Source: a virus
Taxonomy: Duplodnaviria > Caudoviricetes
Length of the DNA stretch: 63,934 bases
IMG/VR virus record: IMGVR_UViG_3300036978_000814
Span: 1 to 63,934 of that record
Strand: one strand, 5' to 3'
The notes beneath the pieces were generated by a model, which had not been told where the DNA came from, ran no database searches, and saw only the letters and a list, made by a program, of their open reading frames with translations. Within the stretch, counting starts at the first letter, position 1. Each line of letters opens with the position of its first letter. This document shows, one piece after another, positions 20,278-31,789 of the stretch. Made by a program: the position numbers and the translations under genes.

Positions 20278-23235
20278 GTGAACCTTTCGACCCTCAATCC
20301 TAACGAGTTGGTTGGCCCTTCGGGCAGGAACGTCCAGAGCGCGTATTTTGATGGAAACGGGGATTATCTCAGCGTCGCTTCGTCTTCAGCATTAGACCTA
20401 ACAAGCGGAAACTTCACCATAGAGCTGTGGGTCTATCCGAGGTCGTACAGCGCGTCGAACAGAACGCTATTGTCCAAGGACGGGCGATTTGCGGTTAGCT
20501 TTTCTCAGTACGCGATGGCGTTTTCCAACGCCGGCATCCTCAACGCCACAGTTGGTACTGGAAATGGCATAGGATACTCCCAATCAATTAGTTCTCCTAC
20601 TGCTTTGGCGCTATACGCTTGGTATCACGTCGCGTTTGTTAAGAACGGAACGACGCTGACACTTTACGTAAACGGGGTCTCCGTAGCTTCGGCCACTCAG
20701 ACCGGAACGATGACTACTGGAAGCCAAGCGTTGATCATTGGCTGGGAACAAGGTCAGCCCACGACGCACTACACGGATGGTGGCATATCAGACTTACGGA
20801 TCGTAAAGGGAACCGCGCTTTACACGGGCAACTTCACCCCGCCCACCGCGCCCCTCACCCCGATCGCCAACACGTCGTTTTTGCTGGGCTTCTCCGAGTA
20901 CCAGTTCATCGACCAGTCGCTCAACAACTTTACGATCACGCGCAACGGGGACACGACCCAGAGCACGTTTGGTCCGTACGGGAACAATTGGTCGAACTAC
21001 TTTGACGGGACTGGGGATTGTTTGGTCACCCCGGCCGATACTGCCTTCCAGCTAGGTACTGGTGATTTCTCGGTTGAACTTTGGTATTACGCCACGACTA
21101 GCGCAACTTTCGCCAGAGCGCTTTTCGGGATTGGAAACGATGCGTCTGGGGCAATCCAGTTGATGACTAAATGGCCGTTCGGCGGGCAGCCCGACAACAG
21201 GCTTCTATTAAACGCAACGGGTGGACCGCAAGTCGTTACCGATACCGTATTTGCCGTCAATAGCTGGAATCACATAGCGCTTTCCAGAGCGTCAGGGACG
21301 GTTTCCATTTACTTAAACGGAACTAGGGTTGGGAATGGCTCATTTACGCAAAACATTACAGCCAATCAGCTAGTGATTGGAAGATCTCACACGGCTAAGG
21401 ATCAAGAGTACGTCGCGGGTTACATATCCAACTTCCGACTGGTAAAAGGAACGGCGCTTTATTCGGGCACGACCATTCCGGTTCCCACCGCCCCCCTCTC
21501 GTCGATCCCCAACACCTCGTTGCTCACCTGCCAGAGCAACCGTTTCCTCGACTCCAGCCCCAACAACTTCGCCATCACCCGCAACGGCGATGTGAGCGTC
21601 CAGCCTTACGTGCCGTTCCCGGCCAATTGGTCGAACTTCTTTGATGGGACGGGGGATTATCTGAGCGCGCCAGACAGCACCGCTTTTGCTTTTGGTACTG
21701 GTGATTTTACAATCGAATATTGGATTTATGCCGTTTCGTTTTTGAATGCCCAAACCATATTTGATACTCGATCAAGTAGTGGCGTTACCGGGTACTCTGA
21801 TTATTTCGGTAACACCGGCAGTTTCAATCTTTTCCTAAACAATACCACGATTTACACATCCGCTTCTAATGTAGCCCTTAATACTTGGACGCATATTGCT
21901 GTATCAAGATCCGGAACTTCTATTAGGGTCTTTATCAATGGAACTCAATCCGGTTCTACCGTCACTAATACCACAAATCTCTCGGATCAAAAATGCCTCA
22001 TTGGAGTAAACAGAAATTTTGTTTCGCACCATAATGGATACATCTCCAACCTCCGCGTGCTGAAGGGTACGGCCGTTTACACCTCCAATTTCACTCCGCC
22101 CACCACCCCCCTCACCGCCATCCCCAACACTTCGCTGCTGACCTGCCAGAGCAGCAGCTTCACCGACTTTAGCCCCAACAATTTCACCATCACCGTTACC
22201 GGCGATGTCAGCGCGCGGTTCTACGGCCCGTTCTCGGGGCCGGTCCCTGAGCCGGTGGTGGACGTTTACACGACCACGGGGGTGGCCAACACTTGGATCA
22301 AGCGTCCGGGCGCCAAGGCCGTGCAGATGATCGCGATCGGGGCCGGCGGGGGCGGGGGCGGTGGTGCGGCTTCAAGTAACAACCTTTCCCGGACTGGAGG
22401 AGGTGGTGGAGGTGGAGGGGCCAACGGCCAGATAATCTACACCGCTGACCAGTTACCATCCACTCTTTACATCCGGGTCGGGGCCTCCGGTACGGGCGGG
22501 ACGAGTACTGCCGCGGGAGGCGCCGGTGGCAATAGCACCATAGCGGCTGCGGACCCCATTACGAGTTCCACTTCGGTCTACTGTATGGGCGGCGGTGGCG
22601 GAGGCGGAAAAGGGGGAGGGGATCAACTCGTTACGGTGGGTGGCGGTGGTGGCGGGACTGCTGGTGCAGGAACTACCGGAACCGGGTCCGCTGCGGTAGC
22701 GGGGGGTCTTCCTGCGCTGGGTGCGGGGGACTTGACCGGCGGAGGCGGAGGAGGCGGTGCCGCTGCTGAAACTACTTTAGCCGGGAGAGCAGAATGGGGC
22801 GGCGCCGGTGGGGGAAGCACCCGACAATTCGGCAACACTTCACTAGTCGGGGGAAGCAGCCTTTACGGAGGCGGAGGAGGCGGCCAAGGGGGTTCGATGA
22901 GTAGCAATCAACCCTCTCCATCGCCGTTTTCTGCAACTTCAGGCGGAAACTCCGGATTGTACATAAACTCGTTTTCTTATGCCCCTCCGGCCGGTGCCGC
23001 CGCAACTACCCCGGCAAACGGCGGGGCAGGCCAAGGCGCTACAACCCTTTATGCCTGTGGTCACGGCGGCGGTGGAGGCTACGCTAACGTGTCTGGTGGG
23101 GCTGGGTATACCGGCGGAGCGGGGGGTTTTCCGGGCGGAGGCGGAGGTGGCGGTGGCGCTAGCACAGTCGCAGGAACCGGGGGAGTAGGCGGCGTCGGCG
23201 GAGCAGGCCGCGTAGTTCTCATAACCTTCTTCTAA
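20278..23235 (+). CDS. adhesin with three LamG/concanavalin-A-like domains and a C-terminal Gly-rich domain
   Basis: Three FDG.GD..FT(I/V)E.W..W.H(V/I)A...(Y/F)(V/L/I)NG..G.IS..R..KGTA.Y units. Confidence 0.85.
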   Translation: MNLSTLNPNELVGPSGRNVQSAYFDGNGDYLSVASSSALDLTSGNFTIELWVYPRSYSASNRTLLSKDGRFAVSFSQYAMAFSNAGILNATVGTGNGIGYSQSISSPTALALYAWYHVAFVKNGTTLTLYVNGVSVASATQTGTMTTGSQALIIGWEQGQPTTHYTDGGISDLRIVKGTALYTGNFTPPTAPLTPIANTSFLLGFSEYQFIDQSLNNFTITRNGDTTQSTFGPYGNNWSNYFDGTGDCLVTPADTAFQLGTGDFSVELWYYATTSATFARALFGIGNDASGAIQLMTKWPFGGQPDNRLLLNATGGPQVVTDTVFAVNSWNHIALSRASGTVSIYLNGTRVGNGSFTQNITANQLVIGRSHTAKDQEYVAGYISNFRLVKGTALYSGTTIPVPTAPLSSIPNTSLLTCQSNRFLDSSPNNFAITRNGDVSVQPYVPFPANWSNFFDGTGDYLSAPDSTAFAFGTGDFTIEYWIYAVSFLNAQTIFDTRSSSGVTGYSDYFGNTGSFNLFLNNTTIYTSASNVALNTWTHIAVSRSGTSIRVFINGTQSGSTVTNTTNLSDQKCLIGVNRNFVSHHNGYISNLRVLKGTAVYTSNFTPPTTPLTAIPNTSLLTCQSSSFTDFSPNNFTITVTGDVSARFYGPFSGPVPEPVVDVYTTTGVANTWIKRPGAKAVQMIAIGAGGGGGGGAASSNNLSRTGGGGGGGGANGQIIYTADQLPSTLYIRVGASGTGGTSTAAGGAGGNSTIAAADPITSSTSVYCMGGGGGGGKGGGDQLVTVGGGGGGTAGAGTTGTGSAAVAGGLPALGAGDLTGGGGGGGAAAETTLAGRAEWGGAGGGSTRQFGNTSLVGGSSLYGGGGGGQGGSMSSNQPSPSPFSATSGGNSGLYINSFSYAPPAGAAATTPANGGAGQGATTLYACGHGGGGGYANVSGGAGYTGGAGGFPGGGGGGGGASTVAGTGGVGGVGGAGRVVLITFF

Positions 23236-23237
23236 GG

Positions 23238-24278
23238 ATGAACCTCAACACCTTAGTACCGCCGAGTGTAGTTGGCGCGACCGGCGTCAACTCGCGCGTG
23301 GACGTGTATAGCACTCCGGGTCAGGTAGCGACTTGGACAAAACCACTTGGCGCCAAGCAGGTGCTGATCATCGCTCACGGTGCGGGTGGTGGTGGTGGCG
23401 GGGGAACTGGAAACGCTTCAGCAGGGACTTTTGGTCGCCCCGGAGGCGGAGGAGGTGGAGGCGGTGCCTGCACCAAGGTCACTTACGAGGCAAATCAACT
23501 GCCGTCCTCGCTTTACGTCGTTGTCGGGACTGGAGGTGCGGGTGGGGGCAGTCAAACTTCCGGAATAGCCGGTGGCAACAGCACCGTTGCAAGCAATAGC
23601 ACTTATATCCCGACCACGGGGATCTATGCGTTGGCAGGTGGCGGTGGCGGGGGTGGCCCTGCAAGACTAGACATCAACCCCGGAGGCGGCGGCGGCGGGG
23701 GTACGGCTGGAGCAGGTGCCACTTCAAACAGTACCACAACCTCTGTTGGCGGCCTTCCCGCCACCGCGTATACTAACGCCGCGGTTGGCGGACAGGGCGG
23801 AGGCGGGGGATTCTCAGCCGACAACGGAGGCGGGCGTGCGGAGTGGGGTGGTGGAGGCGGAGGTTCCACTCGCGTATTTGGTGATTTTCGGTATCCGGGA
23901 GGCGGCAGTATGTACGGAGGAGGTGGTGGCGGAAACGGATGTGGAATTACAGGAGGAGGATCACCAAATGGCGGAACTCCCGGTGGCCCATCAGGGCGTT
24001 ATATAGGCAATTTCTATATCGGAACCAATGTCGGTACAGCCCCCGGGGGCAATTCTAACTCAAACGCAAACGGATCACCGGGATTAAACGCTGGCACTAC
24101 CTATCCCGCAGGCGGTGGCGGCGGCGGAGGTGGTGGCAATAACGTAGGCACCGGCTATACGGGGGGTGCTGGGGGCTTTCCCGCTGGTGGCGGCGGCGGC
24201 GGTGGAGCGTCCAGCAGCACGGGCGGTACTGGCGGTGTTGGTGGCAACGGCCGAGTCGTGATCGTTACATACTTCTGA
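23238..24278 (+). CDS. glycine-rich adhesin paralog 2
   Basis: TWTKP.GAK.V...GAGGGGG..RAEWGG..GGFP.GGGG..GRVVIVTYF. Confidence 0.8.
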   Translation: MNLNTLVPPSVVGATGVNSRVDVYSTPGQVATWTKPLGAKQVLIIAHGAGGGGGGGTGNASAGTFGRPGGGGGGGGACTKVTYEANQLPSSLYVVVGTGGAGGGSQTSGIAGGNSTVASNSTYIPTTGIYALAGGGGGGGPARLDINPGGGGGGGTAGAGATSNSTTTSVGGLPATAYTNAAVGGQGGGGGFSADNGGGRAEWGGGGGGSTRVFGDFRYPGGGSMYGGGGGGNGCGITGGGSPNGGTPGGPSGRYIGNFYIGTNVGTAPGGNSNSNANGSPGLNAGTTYPAGGGGGGGGGNNVGTGYTGGAGGFPAGGGGGGGASSSTGGTGGVGGNGRVVIVTYF

Positions 24279-24279
24279 G

Positions 24280-25314
24280 ATGAACCTTCCGACCCTCATC
24301 CCGATCGGCATTCGCGGGCCGACCAAAAGCACTCAGGTCGACGTGCTGACGACTTCGGCGTCGGTGCAGACGTGGACTAAACCTGCCGGGGCCAAGTCCG
24401 TCACCATCACTCTTCACGGGGGCGGTGGTGGCGGAGGTGGTGGCACGTCTGCGAATACTGGGTCAATGGGCGGTGGAAGTGCCGGTGGCGGCGCGGCCAA
24501 CCAGCAGACCTTTTTTGCCGACCAGCTTCCTTCGGTCCTTTACGTCATTGTCGGCGCGGGTGGCGCAGGTGGGGCGGGCGGTACTGGCGCCGCCAATGGT
24601 ACGGTTGGCGGTGCTGGCGGTAACACCACCGTTGCGACCAACAATACCAACCCTCCCACAACTGGCATTTTGCTGATGGCCGGCGGCGGAGGCGGGGGGC
24701 GAGGCGCGGTCAGTTCTACCAATGCGACCGGAGGGGGCGGAGGCGGAACGGCTGGTGCCGGTGTAACTGCGACGAGCGCTTCAGGCGAGGGCGGGCTACC
24801 GCAAACTGGCGGCGCTGGTGCTAACGCTTTCTGCGGGCAAGGCGGGGCAGGCTGGGCCGGAAATTCTGGTTTGCGCGCGGAGTGGGGAGGCGGCGGCGGC
24901 AACGGGAACTTTCCTACCAGTCAAAACCCTTTTTCTGGGGCTATTTCAGTTTGGGGCGGTGGCGGGGGTGGACCCGGCGGAGGCCAAGGGACTACTCAAG
25001 GCCATCCGGGAGCCGCTGGTGGCGGCACCGGCCCATTGAATTACAGCCCCGGCGTTTCCGGTGGCGGAGCGCAAACCGCTAACGACACCGTTGGTAACCC
25101 CGGTTCTAATGCTGGCACCGTTTGCCCGTTTAGCGGTGGTGGTGGCAGCGGTGGAGGCAGACCGTTAGCCGCGGGAAATGGGCGGGCAGCAGGGAACGGC
25201 GGATTCCCCGCGGGCGGCGGTGGTGGCGGAGGCTCCGGGATCGGGGCTACCAATACTGGTGGAACCGGAGGAACCGGCGGCGCCGGACGCGCAATTTTCA
25301 TCACTTACTTCTGA
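24280..25314 (+). CDS. glycine-rich adhesin paralog 3
   Basis: Same motifs as the preceding two genes. Confidence 0.8.
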   Translation: MNLPTLIPIGIRGPTKSTQVDVLTTSASVQTWTKPAGAKSVTITLHGGGGGGGGGTSANTGSMGGGSAGGGAANQQTFFADQLPSVLYVIVGAGGAGGAGGTGAANGTVGGAGGNTTVATNNTNPPTTGILLMAGGGGGGRGAVSSTNATGGGGGGTAGAGVTATSASGEGGLPQTGGAGANAFCGQGGAGWAGNSGLRAEWGGGGGNGNFPTSQNPFSGAISVWGGGGGGPGGGQGTTQGHPGAAGGGTGPLNYSPGVSGGGAQTANDTVGNPGSNAGTVCPFSGGGGSGGGRPLAAGNGRAAGNGGFPAGGGGGGGSGIGATNTGGTGGTGGAGRAIFITYF

Positions 25315-25316
25315 CA

Positions 25317-25673
25317 ATGGCCTACATCAATCTTACTACGAACCAGTTTTACTTTGGCCCAAATATGCCGCCGGGCCCGGACTGGCAGCAGGTCAGCATT
25401 GAGGAGTTTAACTCCCTCATCGCCGGAGGCTGGAACCCGACCGAGTACATTCCGCCGTACCGGGTATCGAAAGACACCATCGTCAGCCGCGTCGATACCG
25501 CCGGCAAACTGACCGACCTGATGGCGATGATCGCCAGTCTTACCGCGGAACAACAGTTCCTGTGGGACAACTACGCGTGGTTTTGGAATGACAACCCGAC
25601 CGTCAACGCGATGTGCGTCCAGTTGGGCCTCGACCCCGCGGTGATCCTCGCTCCTGACCCCTACCTCACTTGA
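25317..25673 (+). CDS. possible tail fibre assembly/adaptor protein
   Basis: Position after the adhesins; helical C-terminus; function inferred. Confidence 0.5.
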   Translation: MAYINLTTNQFYFGPNMPPGPDWQQVSIEEFNSLIAGGWNPTEYIPPYRVSKDTIVSRVDTAGKLTDLMAMIASLTAEQQFLWDNYAWFWNDNPTVNAMCVQLGLDPAVILAPDPYLT

Positions 25674-25675
25674 TT

Positions 25676-26002
25676 ATGAAACTGTTCCTCGCACTCCTCC
25701 TGCTCGTCAGCAGCGCGTTCGCTCAAGCCGCTTCTACGCCCGTCCTCGCCGGGCGCAAGGTGGTGTTCATTTCGTCGGCTGAAGGCACCACTCCGTTCAC
25801 CTACGTCTGGTACAAAAACGGCGTCGTTATCCCCAACGAGACCCAGCCCACGCTCACGATCGAGAGCGTCACCGCCGCCGACGCTGGCACCTACAAGGTC
25901 CGCATCTCGAACGCGGCTGGATTTATGGACTCGAACGAGATTGCTATCGTGATCCCTCAAGCCCCAACTCGGGCCACGATCACGATTAGCATCATCCCGT
26001 GA
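25676..26002 (+). CDS. secreted single immunoglobulin-like domain protein
   Basis: Signal peptide MKLFLALLLLVSSAFA; TYVWYKNG..PTLTI..VTAADAGTYKV I-set signature. Confidence 0.8.
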   Translation: MKLFLALLLLVSSAFAQAASTPVLAGRKVVFISSAEGTTPFTYVWYKNGVVIPNETQPTLTIESVTAADAGTYKVRISNAAGFMDSNEIAIVIPQAPTRATITISIIP

Positions 26003-26945
26003 CCGACTGGAGCACAGTTCAACGCGACGAGGCTCGTAAAGTTTACGAGTCGGAGATCGCGTCGCTCCGTAAGGAACTGGATGTCGCCAAGTCGGCTCTG
26101 GCCAATGCGACCACGGCCCGGACGACCAAGCTGCCCGCCCCCTCTGCCACCCGGCGCAGGTCGGGCAGCGACATCGTGCGGGTTATCATCCCGGACACCC
26201 ACGGTTGCTTGATCGACAAGACGGCTTTGGCCGCGATGTTGGCCGACATCAAAGTCCTCGACCCGCACGAGGTGATCCTGCTGGGCGATCACGTCGATTG
26301 CGGTGGGTTCCTCGCCCAACATCACGTTATGGGGTACGTCGCCGAGACGGACTACACGTACGAGGAGGATCTGAGCGCGTCCAAAGCGTTTCTGGACGCG
26401 CTACGGGCGGTCGCGCCCCGGGCCAAAATTGAGTATCTTGAGGGCAACCACGAGCGTCGGGTGGAGACGTGGTGTGTCACTCAGGTTCTGAGGCACAAGA
26501 AGGACGCGGAAGGTTTGAGGCGGTTGTTGGCGCCAGAGTTTAGGTTGGGCCTGAAGGAACGAGGCATCAGCTACTACCGCCAAGGCGAATTTTACGACAA
26601 TTTGCCCGTTCCCGGCGTCATCAAGCGCGGGAAGTGCTTTTTCTTCCACGGTGTGAGCACGGCGAAAAACGCGGTCGCCTCTACCGTGGACAAGATCGCG
26701 GGAAACTGCGTGTTCGGCCACACCCATCGGGCGCAAAGCAACATCGTCCGTCGCATCTCGACCGGGATTATCGGTTCGTGGAACCCGGGCTGCTTGTGCC
26801 AGTTGCAGCCGCTCTGGCAGCACACTTCCCCGACGGACTGGTCTCACGGGTACGCCGTGCAATTGGTCGCCGAAACGGGGTCTTTTCTCCATCTCAACAT
26901 CCCCATCATCGAGGGCGAGAGTCATTTCGCAGCCCTCCTCAAACT

Positions 26946-26949
<4 letters not shown>
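25999..26949 (+). CDS. calcineurin-like metallophosphoesterase
   Basis: PDTHG, LGDHVD, GNHE, FHG and GHTH motifs. Confidence 0.9.
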
Positions 26950-29709
<2,760 letters not shown>

Positions 29710-29711
29710 TT

Positions 29712-30395
29712 ATGAGCTGCGGATGCGGATGCGGAAATAACAACTGCAACGAGTGCAACCAGCCGGGGGACCTGTGCGCTCCTCCGGTGCCGGTGGTCAC
29801 GATTGTTGCTGGTCCCGTTGGCGCTACCGGCCCCGCTGGCCCGACCGGCCCCGCCGGCTTTGGCGTCACCGGCCCCACGGGCCCCACGGGCGCTCAGGGC
29901 ATCCCCGGGCCCATCGGCGCCAACGGCACGACCGGTGCTACGGGCCCCACCGGGGCTTCGGGCGCACCGGTGGCGTTCTTCACCGGCGTCACTTGGGACC
30001 CCAGCTCTGCCACGACCGATTTGGTCAACCTTCAGGGCGGCCGGGTGCTGGACTTCGGCGCGGTCAACTTTAACGGCGGAAGCTACCTCTTCAGCCTCAA
30101 GATGCAGATCGGATGGAACGCCGGCGCGGTTGGGCCCAACGACCTGAACGGCTCGGTCGACTTTCAGGACGGCACCACGGTCGTCAAAACGATCAAGTGG
30201 GGTCGCTCCAAGAGCGAGGCCGCCGGTTACCAGTACGGCGTCGCCGAGTCTTACGATTTCTGGTTCCTCGCCACGGTCACGAATGGTCAGAATCTTCGAT
30301 TGAGTTGCTCGTCTCAGTTCTACTTGCTGGGCGCACAACTCACCGCGTTCCCCGTTCCCACCAACGTCATCACTTCTCCCGGGTTCATCCTCTGA
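29712..30395 (+). CDS. short collagen-like virion protein with Cys-rich N-terminus
   Basis: [15 protein letters not shown] followed by GXY repeats and a beta-rich domain. Confidence 0.75.
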   Translation: MSCGCGCGNNNCNECNQPGDLCAPPVPVVTIVAGPVGATGPAGPTGPAGFGVTGPTGPTGAQGIPGPIGANGTTGATGPTGASGAPVAFFTGVTWDPSSATTDLVNLQGGRVLDFGAVNFNGGSYLFSLKMQIGWNAGAVGPNDLNGSVDFQDGTTVVKTIKWGRSKSEAAGYQYGVAESYDFWFLATVTNGQNLRLSCSSQFYLLGAQLTAFPVPTNVITSPGFIL

Positions 30396-30397
30396 TT

Positions 30398-30799
30398 ATG
30401 CATAACGACTTTCCAGTATCGATCGATCTGGCCATCGACGTTCCCGAAATGGGAACTTTCCCTTCGGAGAAGAAGCGCGGCAAGTCCGAGACGATGTACC
30501 CGTCGTTGTACATCTCTGGAGTTTCCAATCTGGAGAGCCTGCCGCGTGAGGGATACGCCCTGATCCATTTCAAGCGCCGCAGCATCACGATGGGCGAGCG
30601 CGACGGCGAAGACTGTTGCTCCGCTGATCTGGAAATCCACGAGATCCGCCTGCCCGAGAAGGGCTCCGACGAGGAGATGGGCGATATGGAGGACGCGCTG
30701 ACCTCAATGGCTGAAGAGCGCGGCCTGATCGAGTCCTACGAGGACGAGAGCGAAGAGGCCGAGACCGAGGAAGAGGAAAACGAAGACGAGGAGAAGTAA
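30398..30799 (+). CDS. acidic hypothetical protein
   Basis: ATG 2 nt after the previous stop; Glu-rich tail. Confidence 0.7.
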   Translation: MHNDFPVSIDLAIDVPEMGTFPSEKKRGKSETMYPSLYISGVSNLESLPREGYALIHFKRRSITMGERDGEDCCSADLEIHEIRLPEKGSDEEMGDMEDALTSMAEERGLIESYEDESEEAETEEEENEDEEK

Positions 30800-30802
30800 C
30801 CT

Positions 30803-31786
30803 ATGCAGGTCACGCTTGGCCAAGTCATCAACGCCTCAAAGTCGAACGACCTGCTCGGCATTTCCGACCGCGCCAAGATCATCGATTACATCACCCGCGC
30901 GATCGAGATCGCCGCGTACCGGGCCAACTGGGACCCGTACGTGGGTATTGTCGACGTGTGCTCCAACAACAGCGGGTGCGTGACTCTGCCCGACTTCGTG
31001 GAGACGGTGCTGGCCGCCAACGTCGGAGGGCGTCCTGCCCTCGGCCGTTCGAGCTGGTACGAATTCCACATCAACGGGCTCGGCTCCAACTCGTCCTGCG
31101 GCAGCGCGTGCGGCGTGTATTGGGACGACAAGATGTGGAGCCCTACCTTCCAAGACCTGAAGGAATGGGCCTTGGTGGCCGCCATCTGCGAAGACCCGAT
31201 CGACGGCAACGGATCGCTGGAGCTGATCGTGCAGGGCGAGACGATGGACGCGGGCTTCAACCAGAAGATGGCCCTGACCATCCCGGTCTCAGGGCCTTCG
31301 ACGCCCGGTGTGCGGGTGCCGATTCTGGCGGGATATGCCGCGGTCGATCCTCAGTCGACGCCGTTCAAGAAGATCACTCAGGTCACCAAGCCCGTGACCC
31401 GGGGCTACATCAAGCTGATCGGGTTCAAGCCTGAGCAGCTCAGTCAGTCCGTCACTTTGGGCTACTACGCTCCGCACGAGACCAATCCGCTCTACAAGCG
31501 GATGAAGGTCTCCTGCACCTGCGAGTGGGTCCGCATCAAGTACCGCAGGAAGACCATCGCTCTTGTAAATGATTACGACCTTATCCCGCTGGATTCGTAT
31601 CAGGCGACGTTGGATTTGCTTAAAGCTATCCGACTTCGCGAGACAAACAACATCGATCTGGCCGAGAAGTACGAGATCAAGGCTGTCCAGCTCTTGACCG
31701 ACATCCAGACGATCAAGGACGCCGCGACTTGGATGCCTATGCAGGTCGATCCTGCATTCGGCATCGGCACCATCGACTACCGCTGA
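30803..31786 (+). CDS. putative head-tail adaptor (tail tubular protein A-like)
   Basis: Position before the nozzle; N- and C-terminal helices around a beta insert. Confidence 0.55.
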   Translation: MQVTLGQVINASKSNDLLGISDRAKIIDYITRAIEIAAYRANWDPYVGIVDVCSNNSGCVTLPDFVETVLAANVGGRPALGRSSWYEFHINGLGSNSSCGSACGVYWDDKMWSPTFQDLKEWALVAAICEDPIDGNGSLELIVQGETMDAGFNQKMALTIPVSGPSTPGVRVPILAGYAAVDPQSTPFKKITQVTKPVTRGYIKLIGFKPEQLSQSVTLGYYAPHETNPLYKRMKVSCTCEWVRIKYRRKTIALVNDYDLIPLDSYQATLDLLKAIRLRETNNIDLAEKYEIKAVQLLTDIQTIKDAATWMPMQVDPAFGIGTIDYR

Positions 31787-31789
31787 CCT

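Noticed and set aside
20278-25314. Diversity-generating retroelement or shufflon acting on adhesins
   Set aside because: No reverse transcriptase, no template/variable repeat pair differing at adenines, no inverted cassettes
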